The notes under the pieces: generated by a model
Told to the model about the DNA's origin: nothing
What the model saw: the letters and a program-made list of their open reading frames with translations, nothing else
The model's database searches: none
Made by a program: the position numbers and the translations under genes
Shown here: one piece after another, positions 50,044 through 59,448 of the stretch
How the letters are laid out: each line of letters opens with the position of its first letter
How positions within the stretch are numbered: position 1 is the first letter of the stretch
Source of the DNA: a virus
Lineage: Duplodnaviria; Caudoviricetes
DNA length: 64,000 nucleotides
IMG/VR virus record: IMGVR_UViG_3300048691_000224
Reading direction: 5' to 3' (one strand)

Positions 50044-51279
50044 TCAGGCGATACCAACAGATGAACTTGCTGGGTATGCTACAGGCGGATTATTGTAGCA
50101 CAGTGCTCCAACTCGTGTGAGTGATATTCCACTTGTGAACGAGCCTGTTACTGTAGCTGAGTCGTTGAATGATATGGTTAAAGTTAATACATTTCCTGTT
50201 GTATTAACTTTGCCTTGAATCAAGACAGATCGAGTAGCTAGTACGTGCGAGAACATTGTTTGATTTGCGGTTGTTAGATCCTCAAACCCAATGGTCGAAG
50301 TCTGAGCTCCTTGAGTTGTATTGCTCTTTGTGACCGTGACGTTTGGAATTGAAGCTAACGCTGTTTGCCAAGCTACGTCAACAGCGCTACTGGTATTAGT
50401 AACTGCTCCGGTCCAGACAATCTTACCGCCTGTGTTAAAAAATCTACCAACAGAACCGGCGTCTGCCCATGACAAAGTCACAGTGTGTGCGATTGTCCCT
50501 ATCCATGCGGCGGTGCGAGCAGCTGATGCATTCGGTGGTGTGATCGTCTCGAAGCACGACGTGTTAATGGTTGGTGACAGTAGCGCTTGATTCAACAGCG
50601 TTTGTAGCTTACTATACTCACTCAATACTGTAGCCAAGCCACAGCGAGCATCCGAACAGAGGCGGAAGTTGTTAAATGCTACAGCATTGATTGTAGCAGT
50701 TGGAACAGATTTTGCATATGCAAGTTGCTTCACTCGATTAATCAGAGTCTGCCACTGAGCGTCGGTAATTCTGTACACAGTAGCCGGTGTCGGAGACGGT
50801 AGGATTTCAGTCTGACCAACTGCGATTGAGTCAGCGTTTACAAGCGCAACCAGTTCGTCGTACTCACACACACCAGCAACTGCGATGCATACTGTGTTGA
50901 TCCAGGCTGCGCCATCATAATAGTATAAACCACCAGTGATGGGGTTGTACCAGAGAGTATTGCTGTTGGCGGGGGCTGTGGGTCCTACGTATACGCCGGA
51001 TCCGATTGTGTGCCATAGATTGTCTACACCATAGAATTTGGGTGTACCTGGAGTAGTTCCTGTATCCAACCAAATTTGTCCAGCAATTGGATGGATGGGT
51101 GGAGAATTGCGAGCAAAGTGCTCTAGCATTTGTAAGAAGTTTGTCCAAACAGCTTCTTGGTATACAGGAGATCTGTAACCTAAAAGTGTCAGTGATGTGC
51201 TCATATCTATACCAAGGGGTTGGATGGATATGGGGGTTTTTGTTGGGTCGCTGTGTTCGACTGAATAGGTTCCTGGCAT
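50044..51279 (-). CDS. Virion structural protein (tail/baseplate-associated)
   Basis: NFLQMLEHFA...P.HPIAGQIWLDT module shared with the 51759 ORF. Confidence 0.7.
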   Translation of the reverse strand: MPGTYSVEHSDPTKTPISIQPLGIDMSTSLTLLGYRSPVYQEAVWTNFLQMLEHFARNSPPIHPIAGQIWLDTGTTPGTPKFYGVDNLWHTIGSGVYVGPTAPANSNTLWYNPITGGLYYYDGAAWINTVCIAVAGVCEYDELVALVNADSIAVGQTEILPSPTPATVYRITDAQWQTLINRVKQLAYAKSVPTATINAVAFNNFRLCSDARCGLATVLSEYSKLQTLLNQALLSPTINTSCFETITPPNASAARTAAWIGTIAHTVTLSWADAGSVGRFFNTGGKIVWTGAVTNTSSAVDVAWQTALASIPNVTVTKSNTTQGAQTSTIGFEDLTTANQTMFSHVLATRSVLIQGKVNTTGNVLTLTISFNDSATVTGSFTSGISLTRVGALCYNNPPVAYPASSSVGIA

Positions 51280-51336
51280 GATGGATGGCAGTTTCTCTGG
51301 TTGTAGTATTGTTTATTTAGTGCGATGAGTGATACG

Positions 51337-51762
51337 TCACGTTGCTAGTGCTATTTTTGCAAGTAATTTTAACTCATCACTGGTAACTCCTAGCTTAGCG
51401 CACAGTGCGGCTTCTTTCTCAGCTTGCTCTGTAGATAGTTTGAGTTGTTCTTTATCATATACTTTTTGTAGCTTTGCCTGCTCTTTTTGTAGTTTGGTAT
51501 AGGTTGTCTTGTCAACTACACCAACCCTTGGAAATTTACCAGGAAAGTAAGTGATCATGTCGGGGGAAGCAATTTGTTGTTGCAGGGTAATATATTCAGC
51601 TTCTGAGATCTCTGTGGGCTTGTACCCCAAAAATACACTACCATCTGTAGTTCGCATTACACCAATCCACTCACCATTGTCATCTTGATTGTAACACGCA
51701 AGTGTTAGACCTGTTCCAAATGAGTCATTGAGTTCACCTAGTGTGTAATATTTTGTTATCAT
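51337..51762 (-). CDS. Hypothetical protein (possible fibre assembly chaperone)
   Basis: Coupled to the fibre-like gene; C-terminal coiled coil. Confidence 0.55.
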   Translation of the reverse strand: MITKYYTLGELNDSFGTGLTLACYNQDDNGEWIGVMRTTDGSVFLGYKPTEISEAEYITLQQQIASPDMITYFPGKFPRVGVVDKTTYTKLQKEQAKLQKVYDKEQLKLSTEQAEKEAALCAKLGVTSDELKLLAKIALAT

Positions 51763-53168
51763 AGATATGCTCCTCCGCGTGTTACTTTAACTTTCATTGC
51801 CATATTGCCGTGAATTACAGCGTATCCGTTCCAACTATGGGCTTGATATAGAATGCCCCACCATTGAGCGTATACTGTCACCGTTCCACCAGGTGGGATA
51901 ACTTTGAAAAATCTCGCTCCTGATACAGTAGATTCTGTGTAGACGTCGAAGCCGCCAGCACTTCGCGTATTGAGGCCCGAAGAGTACACATCCTGTCTCA
52001 TCGTGCCTTGTAGATTTGGGTCACCATTACCACTGTATCCAGCAGGCATTGTTATATTTAAATTCTCACCGATTGTATAAACCAAACCAAATGCGGCGTT
52101 GGGTAATCCATAATACAAATTGCCGTGTCCAGTGAGGTCTGCTTCAAATAGTACCGATTGATTTGTCGGATTTGTATATGAATAACTTAGATACGCGGGT
52201 GGATTGCTGCCAGAGGGAATTGTAACTCCTCCAGCTTCAGTTGCAAAGTCCCTACCTCGGAAGATTGCTACACCATCACCATTCCCTGTGTCGTATTGAT
52301 ACCATTGGGCACCGACAGCCAGACAAATCCCAGCACCAATCAGTGTGCTGGGGTTGCTAACCCAAACTGCTGGATAGGGTTGCTCAATCGGCCAGACTAA
52401 TTGCCATGTACCAGCTGTGTCGCAGATGTATAACTTATTGACCGCGGTATTGTGCCAGAGCAAACCAATTTCATTTGCTGGTTGATTAGGGCTAACGATT
52501 ACTTCCTCAGGAATTGGCCAGACTAATTGCCAGATGTTATTCACATCACAGATTCTGAGTTGATTAGCAGCGGTATTGTGCCAGAGCAAACCAATTTCAT
52601 TTGCTGGTTGATTAGGGCTAACGATTACTTCCTCAGGAATTGGCCAGACTAATTGCCATGCGTTATTGGTGTCACAAATATACAACGTATTGGTTGCGGT
52701 ATTGTGCCAGAGTAGACCAGTTTCGTACGCTGGTTGAACTGGGCTAACAATCACCTCTTCGGGGGTGGGCCAGACCAATTGCCATGTACCAGCTGTGTCG
52801 CAGATGTATAACTTATTGACCGCGGTATTGTGCCAGAGCAAACCAATTTCATTTGCTGGTTGATTAGGGCTAACGATTACTTCCTCAGGAATTGGCCAGA
52901 CTAATTGCCAGACTCCAACAGAGTCGTACAATTTCAACTCCTGGGCTCCAGTATCATACCACATCTGCCCCGGGGTTGGGTTGACAGGGGGATAATCACT
53001 CGCGAAGTGCTCCATTGTATGGAGCATATTCTCCCAAATCAATTCTCCGTACACTGGAGATCGATACCCAACCATCTTGAGTGATGTTGAGTGGTCGAAA
53101 CTCAGTGGGGGAATTATAATCTGTGGTTTTGTATTGTCGCTATGGTCGACTACGTAGGTTCCTGGCAT
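51759..53168 (-). CDS. Virion fibre-like protein with 42-aa repeats
   Basis: MPGTYVVDHSD...NMLHTMEHFA...PTPGQMWYDT N-module; four repeats. Confidence 0.7.
   Translation of the reverse strand: MPGTYVVDHSDNTKPQIIIPPLSFDHSTSLKMVGYRSPVYGELIWENMLHTMEHFASDYPPVNPTPGQMWYDTGAQELKLYDSVGVWQLVWPIPEEVIVSPNQPANEIGLLWHNTAVNKLYICDTAGTWQLVWPTPEEVIVSPVQPAYETGLLWHNTATNTLYICDTNNAWQLVWPIPEEVIVSPNQPANEIGLLWHNTAANQLRICDVNNIWQLVWPIPEEVIVSPNQPANEIGLLWHNTAVNKLYICDTAGTWQLVWPIEQPYPAVWVSNPSTLIGAGICLAVGAQWYQYDTGNGDGVAIFRGRDFATEAGGVTIPSGSNPPAYLSYSYTNPTNQSVLFEADLTGHGNLYYGLPNAAFGLVYTIGENLNITMPAGYSGNGDPNLQGTMRQDVYSSGLNTRSAGGFDVYTESTVSGARFFKVIPPGGTVTVYAQWWGILYQAHSWNGYAVIHGNMAMKVKVTRGGAYL
52391..52912 (-). repeat. 126-bp in-frame tandem repeat, 4 copies (QLVWPIPEEVIVSPNQPANEIGLLWHNTAVNKLYICDTAGTW)
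   Basis: gccagac anchors at 52391, 52517, 52643, 52769 and 52895. Confidence 0.95.
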
Positions 53169-53172
53169 TTTA

Positions 53173-54030
53173 TTAATTCACAACCAAATTAGTGAGATAT
53201 TTATGCAGATCAGGCAGTCCGCCAATGGAGGTGCCATCAGGGCACACTATTTGCGGGAAGCTTCGAGCGCTTGGAAACTTCTCACTAAAGTCATCACGCG
53301 TGAAGTCAACATCCAACATCTTGGTTATAAATTGTTTATCCTTGTTTGTCAGTAGCGCTTTAGCTTGATCGCACTGTGGACAGCCGGGTTTGGAATATAC
53401 AGTAAATTCTGGAATTCCAACATATCGATCTGCTGAACCAAACATTGGAGCATCATCACCGCTGTATTGGCCCCAGACGTCATCCCAATCACCCTCTGTA
53501 GCACCTTTGGAATACTCAAATACTTTTTGTTCGAAAAAGTTTCCGTGAGTTACGCTATCAATCATCTGCTCTACCCATGGTAGCGGATTCTTTTTAATTT
53601 TGAATATCCCCTTTAATCCAAGGGCGATCAATCGGCGATCTGCAATGTACCTAATATACAACTTCACATCAGCTGCCGTAAGGTCTTTCATTTCACCCAT
53701 CTCAAACGCGAGATCGATAAACTTATCCTCCAAATCAACCATGCGCTCTGCAATTGTATAGAGTTGACTCTTCAGGCTATCTTTCCAGATGTGTCGATTT
53801 TCCTCAATAAACACACGGAACAACTTAATCATAGCGTCTGTATGACAATTACCAGAAATGGATAGTGTGTTAGCATGTCTAATTTGAAACGCTGTACCAG
53901 GGACGCTGAGACAAAACACTTCTGTTGACTGAAGTTCTTTGGTCACTTGTACTGCTGATTTGGGGATCGGTGGTAAGCTACCAGCAATCGCCTGAAGCAT
54001 ATTGATAATATCCGTATTTGTTTTATTCAT
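53173..54030 (-). CDS. nrdB: NrdB C-terminal fragment: 61-aa C-intein (53848-54030), RNR beta C-part and fused glutaredoxin
   Basis: VFCLSVP...SISGN|CHTDAMIKLF; YIADRRL; NFFEQ; YSKPGCPQC. Confidence 0.85.
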   Translation of the reverse strand: MNKTNTDIINMLQAIAGSLPPIPKSAVQVTKELQSTEVFCLSVPGTAFQIRHANTLSISGNCHTDAMIKLFRVFIEENRHIWKDSLKSQLYTIAERMVDLEDKFIDLAFEMGEMKDLTAADVKLYIRYIADRRLIALGLKGIFKIKKNPLPWVEQMIDSVTHGNFFEQKVFEYSKGATEGDWDDVWGQYSGDDAPMFGSADRYVGIPEFTVYSKPGCPQCDQAKALLTNKDKQFITKMLDVDFTRDDFSEKFPSARSFPQIVCPDGTSIGGLPDLHKYLTNLVVN

Positions 54031-54982
54031 TTGTTGTATTCTGAGCACTAGTTAATGTTTTTGCGCGAGCCGCTGCTGCAGCGGCTAGCAGTTTGTCAAT
54101 GTGTTTTATGGTTCTACCTAATTTCCACCCAGTTGGTATCTCAGCTAGCCTACCAATAGTTTTAGATTCAGTGCCGTTGGTTATCCACTGCTTATCGCGC
54201 TTCTTTTGGGTCATCCCAGCCCAGAATCCAATTGGAGGATCTATATTAGGCTGAAGCTTCAGATTGGTTGTGCCATCTGTATAGCAAATTACACCCCTAA
54301 TATTTGGGTGATTTGATACTTGCATCCTTTGGGCAGCAGTACGGATTTGGGGTGGGGGTGGATGTTTACCAAATCTCCACCCAACTGGTAGTTGGGCTGT
54401 TTTTAGCATTTGTGTCGACGTTGTACCATCAGTAATCCACCTAAACTTCCCTACTCGAGTTGCTGAGGCCTTGCGCCTAATCTCTATTGCTTCTTCAGTA
54501 TACACTCGTCCTGTGTTGTTGGGAATACTATGTGGGTGGTCTTGCAACCGCTTGATGTTGCGCCTAGTCACACATTCTAGTTCATCCGCCGAATAGTAAC
54601 TACCACCATTTAATAATCGCCGGGCAGCAGATGTTTTTGCACGCGTAGCGGTAGCTTTTGACCTTGCGGTTTGACGCACATAATCAGGTACACCCGCTAG
54701 TGTGTCTCCACCTTGGCCACCTATTGCTATGTTGTAGGTATCATCCCTTGATACAAAATTAACGTCAACTAGTTGACGTTCTACAGCTCGAGCTTCGTCC
54801 CAAGTGTCACACTCATGCAATGTGATTCTCACAAAGTTATCTCTACCATATTTTTCGACGGCCCTAGCTAACAATATACCCGAACCCAAATACCCATCAA
54901 ATTGATCGGCAAACTGCTTGTGGATCCCCACATATATGCGATCATTGATTACGTTAGTTGTCTGGTACACGATATAATTCAT
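54023..54982 (-). mobile_element. Free-standing GIY-YIG homing endonuclease between the nrdB halves
   Basis: YIVYQTTN...IYVGIH...YLGSG...KYG..NF...E...YN; WITDG/WITNG repeats. Confidence 0.85.
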
Positions 54983-54996
54983 TCAGATTCAAGATG

Positions 54997-55036
54997 TTAC
55001 GTGGTACCATATTTATGTCTTCGTTGTACCACGTAA
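54997..55036 (-). promoter_or_regulatory. 11-bp hairpin with a late-promoter-like CATAAATA in its loop
   Basis: ttacgtggtac / gtaccacgtaa. Confidence 0.6.
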
Positions 55037-55044
55037 TATTCTCT

Positions 55045-56094
55045 TCAGCTCATGTACTCTAGTAGAAATTCCTTCGCCCACGATGAGTCCATTATTGGGA
55101 GCAGTGGCAATACCCACTCCAAAGACAATACACCTTCTTTGGTGAGTCTACACAATTCCTTATGCTTGTCTGTCAATACTTTCAAGGAGCCACTCTTAGT
55201 GCCCGAGCACACGTAACTAAACTCCTCAGTTACAGATTCAATATCCTTCGCCTGAACGTCCTGTATCCGACCATCACCCATCTCTAAAATCATTCTATGA
55301 TTTGGTGATACTGATTGTGAGAAACCTTCACCCTTAAAATGGTACACTGTCGGTACTGTTTTCTTGGTAAGATTGGTTGGAGTCACAAAATTAGTCTGAC
55401 TGGTTTCGGTATCATACTCTAACAGTTCAGTAGATAGTGTGACACATTCGATAGGTAACCACCCATCTAGTGTCATAACTTCTGTGCCGGCAACCAAACA
55501 CTTCTCATCAAGGATCGACCAAGAGATGTTTGAGCCCATTCCAACCATCGTTCCGTGACGGGGGAAGTTCAATAACATGATGAATGATGAAAATAATTGC
55601 ATACCTTCAGTGAATGCTGAGAATACTGCTAGCTGTTGAGCAATGGACTCGGTGTCAGTTCCGATAAAATTCTCAACATATTCGTATTTTTCACGCATCG
55701 CATCATATTCTAAGAACTGATTGTAGATTGTGTCAGGCATTCCTAGCGTTTCCACTAGGTTAGAGTATGCTGCAATATGAGTAGCTTCACGAGCCGCAAA
55801 ACTTAACAACATCATCCGAACTTCTGGTTGGGGAAATACCGGTAGATAATTCATCACATATGCATTTGCTACACTGATGTCACCTTGAGTGAAAAATCTG
55901 AAGATGTGGGTCAAGAAGTTTTGTTCAGACTGTGTTAATTTGGTGTTCCAATCTTTAACATCCTCCAGGAGAGGGGCCTCCCAGTGACCCCAATGCATGC
56001 GTTCGTGATCCATCCACGTTTCGTAGCACCACTGGTAGTTGAATGGCTTGTACGATGGACGTGGGTCTGTTAATTTTAATTTCTTTTTGGACAT
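55045..56094 (-). CDS. nrdB: NrdB N-terminal fragment ending in a 151-aa N-intein (55045-55500)
   Basis: FFTQGD; REATH; FTEGMQLFSSF; WSILDEK|CLVAGTEV. Confidence 0.9.
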   Translation of the reverse strand: MSKKKLKLTDPRPSYKPFNYQWCYETWMDHERMHWGHWEAPLLEDVKDWNTKLTQSEQNFLTHIFRFFTQGDISVANAYVMNYLPVFPQPEVRMMLLSFAAREATHIAAYSNLVETLGMPDTIYNQFLEYDAMREKYEYVENFIGTDTESIAQQLAVFSAFTEGMQLFSSFIMLLNFPRHGTMVGMGSNISWSILDEKCLVAGTEVMTLDGWLPIECVTLSTELLEYDTETSQTNFVTPTNLTKKTVPTVYHFKGEGFSQSVSPNHRMILEMGDGRIQDVQAKDIESVTEEFSYVCSGTKSGSLKVLTDKHKELCRLTKEGVLSLEWVLPLLPIMDSSWAKEFLLEYMS

Positions 56095-56100
56095 AGTAGT

Positions 56101-57927
56101 TTATTGGCAGGCGATACACTCTGTAGAATCAACAGCTTCTGTGGTAGGAGACTGTTCGTCGATTTTAACTCGTTTGATTGTTTTGGAGATTTTTTCAGTA
56201 GATTTAAGTTTCTCACTTCTAAGGTAATATAGCGTCTTCAATTCTTGTTTCCAAGCATTGAAGTGAATGTCGTGCAATACCTTAGTAGTCACGTTAGGTT
56301 TGGTGAACACATTAACACTCTGCGCTTGGTCGATGTGGGGTTGACGATCAGCAGCGAGATCAATGATATGTTGTTGGTCAATTTCCATTGCTGTCTTGAA
56401 CACGTCTTTTGTATGTGCGTCAAATAAATCAGAGTGTTGGATTGACCCATCGTGTGCATTGATGTCCGACCAAATATCATCACGGTCCAACTTTTTATCT
56501 GCAGCACACAGAGCAATAATCAATTTATCAAGGTATGGGTTGCGATGGAAGTTGAATCCAGAGAGTGTGTCCTGACGATAGCAGTTGGCTCTGAACGGTT
56601 CGGCGCTTGGTGAAGTGTTTCCTAGAATCAAACTAGACGACGCATTTGGCGCAAGTGCGCATCTGTGAGAGAATCTAAGTGGTTTGGTCATGTCCCCACC
56701 ACCTTCGATATAGTCGAGGTTTGCTCCACGCTCTACCCCAAGTCTCTCTGAGGATTCGAGTGATTGATCGTCTAGCTGTTTGAATATTTGGATATTCATT
56801 GCTCGCGATTCGGGTGATCCAAACGCAACATTATTTTTTTGGAAATATGCGTGCAGACCAAGCAAACCCAAACCAACTGATCTCTCTCGTTGAGCTGAGA
56901 AGCGAGCTCGAGCAATCGAATCTGGCGCATTATCTATAAAATATTGCAGCACATTATCCAACATTTCCATAACATCAGATATAAACAAGTTGTCGTTCTT
57001 CCACTCATCGTAGTACTCCGCATTTACAGATGATAGTACGCAGATTGCAGTTCGATTTTCATCGACAGGTAGTGTTATCTCAGAGCACAGATTCGACTGT
57101 CGGATTTTCAATCCTAATTTTTTTTGCCAGTGAGGGAGCTTCTTATTTGCGGTGTCGATGAACAGAAAATATGGTTCGCCGGTTTCTTTGCGGAGTTTGA
57201 GCAGTTGAGACCAGAGAGCTTTGGCAGATACCACCTTAGTAACTTCTTTGCTGAATGGATCAATCAGTGGCCAATCATCATTAGCATTACTGTCCTTCAT
57301 ACATCGTTCGATGATGTGCATGAAAGCATCTGGGATATTGACTGCGTGATTCAAATTTGTGCAACGTGTATTAGCATCGCCAGTAGGTTTTCTCATTTCT
57401 AAGAATGGGATAATCTCGGGGTGTGAGATATCCAAATACATGGCGAAACTACCTCTGCGCGTAGATCCTTGTTTGTAGGCCATACTCGCGCTGTCATACG
57501 TCTTCATATGGGCAAGTACGCCAGTAGATTTATCGTCGCTAGTACGAAGGCCAACACCTACGCCAACGCCTCCCCCAAGCATACTCAGAATACAGGTTTC
57601 TTTATAGGTATCAACCAACCCATCAGATGAATCAGGCAAAAAACTAAGGTAGCAGCTAACAGAAAGACCTTTCTTGTTGCGGCCATGTGATAAGATTGGC
57701 GTTGAATAACTCAACCAGTGTTTACTAGCGTAATTGTATAACCGCTGAGCGTGTTCAGGATTGCTAGAAAACTGCTTGGATACTTTAGCGAACCGCTCTT
57801 GTGGACTGACCTCGTCGGAGGTCATATATGATTCTCTGAGCCTCTGTAGACCGAGTTGATCAAACAATGAATCGCGTGAGTAGTCTACGGTAATGCCTGC
57901 TATTGCAGGTGGGAGAGTGGTTGTCAA
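56101..57927 (-). CDS. nrdA: Class Ia ribonucleotide reductase alpha subunit (no ATP cone visible)
   Basis: VSCYL; SNLCSE; CVLSS; APNASSS; EP; DQAQS; TLYY; C-terminal CIAC. Confidence 0.95.
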   Translation of the reverse strand: MTTTLPPAIAGITVDYSRDSLFDQLGLQRLRESYMTSDEVSPQERFAKVSKQFSSNPEHAQRLYNYASKHWLSYSTPILSHGRNKKGLSVSCYLSFLPDSSDGLVDTYKETCILSMLGGGVGVGVGLRTSDDKSTGVLAHMKTYDSASMAYKQGSTRRGSFAMYLDISHPEIIPFLEMRKPTGDANTRCTNLNHAVNIPDAFMHIIERCMKDSNANDDWPLIDPFSKEVTKVVSAKALWSQLLKLRKETGEPYFLFIDTANKKLPHWQKKLGLKIRQSNLCSEITLPVDENRTAICVLSSVNAEYYDEWKNDNLFISDVMEMLDNVLQYFIDNAPDSIARARFSAQRERSVGLGLLGLHAYFQKNNVAFGSPESRAMNIQIFKQLDDQSLESSERLGVERGANLDYIEGGGDMTKPLRFSHRCALAPNASSSLILGNTSPSAEPFRANCYRQDTLSGFNFHRNPYLDKLIIALCAADKKLDRDDIWSDINAHDGSIQHSDLFDAHTKDVFKTAMEIDQQHIIDLAADRQPHIDQAQSVNVFTKPNVTTKVLHDIHFNAWKQELKTLYYLRSEKLKSTEKISKTIKRVKIDEQSPTTEAVDSTECIACQ

Positions 57928-58080
57928 GGGTTCAGACTTTCAGGTTAAGGGATGGTGTGGAATCTAATAACAAATCAAATGCGTGAAGAGATTTCTCGTA
58001 TGTGATCGGATCACATGAAGTGGATCTATTTAGTACACATGAGTGTGAACTATGCTCCAAAATTAACATGTTTACTACAA

Positions 58081-58088
58081 TATAAATA
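58081..58088 (+). promoter_or_regulatory. T4-type late promoter TATAAATA
   Basis: Upstream of the 58169 ORF. Confidence 0.7.
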
Positions 58089-58168
58089 TACGGGAGTATT
58101 CACTCAGTAAACACGATACTAAATTCGCGTTTATCACATATCAACAACTCAGTTCTGACAAGGAAACC

Positions 58169-58495
58169 ATGGAACAACAAACCCAATATCAACAACGCCC
58201 AGCTTTCAATTCCGAGGCAATGACGAATAAGCTATCAGCAATGTTTCGTAGTGCTACTCGAGCACTACCACACTCTTCCCCTAATTTGAGAAAGCTTCAG
58301 GTTAAATTTACATACTTTATTGACGACATTCAACGTGGGCCAGCATATGACCAGTCAAAGTTGAGTATGTTTGTACTACAATGGGTAAATGACTTGACGC
58401 GATCTCTCCAAGAAGCTCAAGGTACTAGTGGAGTAGACTCGTGTGTTCGCAGACTTATGGTACCTGAGTACGAGCACCGAAATTACTACATCTAA
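58169..58495 (+). CDS. Hypothetical late protein
   Basis: AAGGAAA SD; own late promoter and terminator. Confidence 0.65.
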   Translation: MEQQTQYQQRPAFNSEAMTNKLSAMFRSATRALPHSSPNLRKLQVKFTYFIDDIQRGPAYDQSKLSMFVLQWVNDLTRSLQEAQGTSGVDSCVRRLMVPEYEHRNYYI

Positions 58496-58502
58496 CATCA
58501 AT

Positions 58503-58527
58503 AAAAAGCCGCTTCAAGCGGCTTTTT
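58503..58527. terminator. Bidirectional intrinsic terminator
   Basis: AAAAAGCCGC-TTCAA-GCGGCTTTTT between convergent genes. Confidence 0.9.
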
Positions 58528-59416
58528 ATGTAATAACAAGATTTTTAATCGATTGCCTGAGAGCCTCAGCTTTTGCTCGGGCAGATGATTGTGCTGCTTG
58601 AGACTCTTCGTTGATGTCTCGCCTAATTGGGTACTCTATGTTTCCACACATATTTGAGATATCAGGATTCTGCTCAAAGGGGACACCTAAGTCCAGGCGG
58701 AACGCATCATAATCGAATGTGAATCTCAATATTGAGTTGTCGGTAGCTTCCATAGACAATTCATCCAACTCAAGCGTTGCTACTCTAGGGTTTATGAATG
58801 TGTATTTGTTGAACGTGCGGCCGAATCGATACACGTGATACAATTCAATAGATTTAATTAATTGTGGTGGGGTTCCACCACCTGGCAGTCCTAAGGGCCC
58901 CGAACTAACACTGTATAAGTTTGCTGGTGTTTCATTGGGGTTGGTAGGTTCGTCATACTCAGCTGCCCCAAAGTTATACAGATACTGCCCCGATTCCAAC
59001 AATGAGCTTGTATCTGAATTAGATAGTGGACTCTGAAGCCTTAGTACATTAGCGTAAAAGTTCATCATCTGATTTTGAGAATCGTCCAGAAATGACATAG
59101 ACATATTGTCATAAGTGGTTTTTTTCAATACACCAGTCCGCATTCCATAGAGGTTCACATCACCATATTCAAACTTCGGCTTTGGTCGAGTCATCGTCTG
59201 AGTCAGTAGCGAGAACTTATCCACCCCAACAATTGTATCATAAGGAGCATTGAATGTTATCATCGTAACAAACAAAAACTTATGTTTGGGGAAAAACTTA
59301 TCAAGATCTCGGGCATATGCAGATACGTCCCTAGTAGCACCCGGCGCTACTTCAGGGGCACGTGCCCCCGAAACGAACGATCGTTGGGCTACTGTTGGTA
59401 TTCTAGGGTCTGCCAT
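58526..59416 (-). CDS. Tail tube / tube-junction protein (T4 gp19/gp54-like)
   Basis: RPKPKFEY...KKTTYDNMSMSFLDD...YTFINP...FTFDYD. Confidence 0.7.
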   Translation of the reverse strand: MADPRIPTVAQRSFVSGARAPEVAPGATRDVSAYARDLDKFFPKHKFLFVTMITFNAPYDTIVGVDKFSLLTQTMTRPKPKFEYGDVNLYGMRTGVLKKTTYDNMSMSFLDDSQNQMMNFYANVLRLQSPLSNSDTSSLLESGQYLYNFGAAEYDEPTNPNETPANLYSVSSGPLGLPGGGTPPQLIKSIELYHVYRFGRTFNKYTFINPRVATLELDELSMEATDNSILRFTFDYDAFRLDLGVPFEQNPDISNMCGNIEYPIRRDINEESQAAQSSARAKAEALRQSIKNLVIT

Positions 59417-59448
59417 TAGGGTGATAACTTACAAATGTGGTCTATTAT

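Noticed and set aside
56101-57927. Intein or intron in nrdA
   Set aside because: Continuous ORF with all catalytic motifs and no Hint signatures
58001-58015. CRP site
   Set aside because: Spacer between TGTGA and TCACA is 5 bp, not 6
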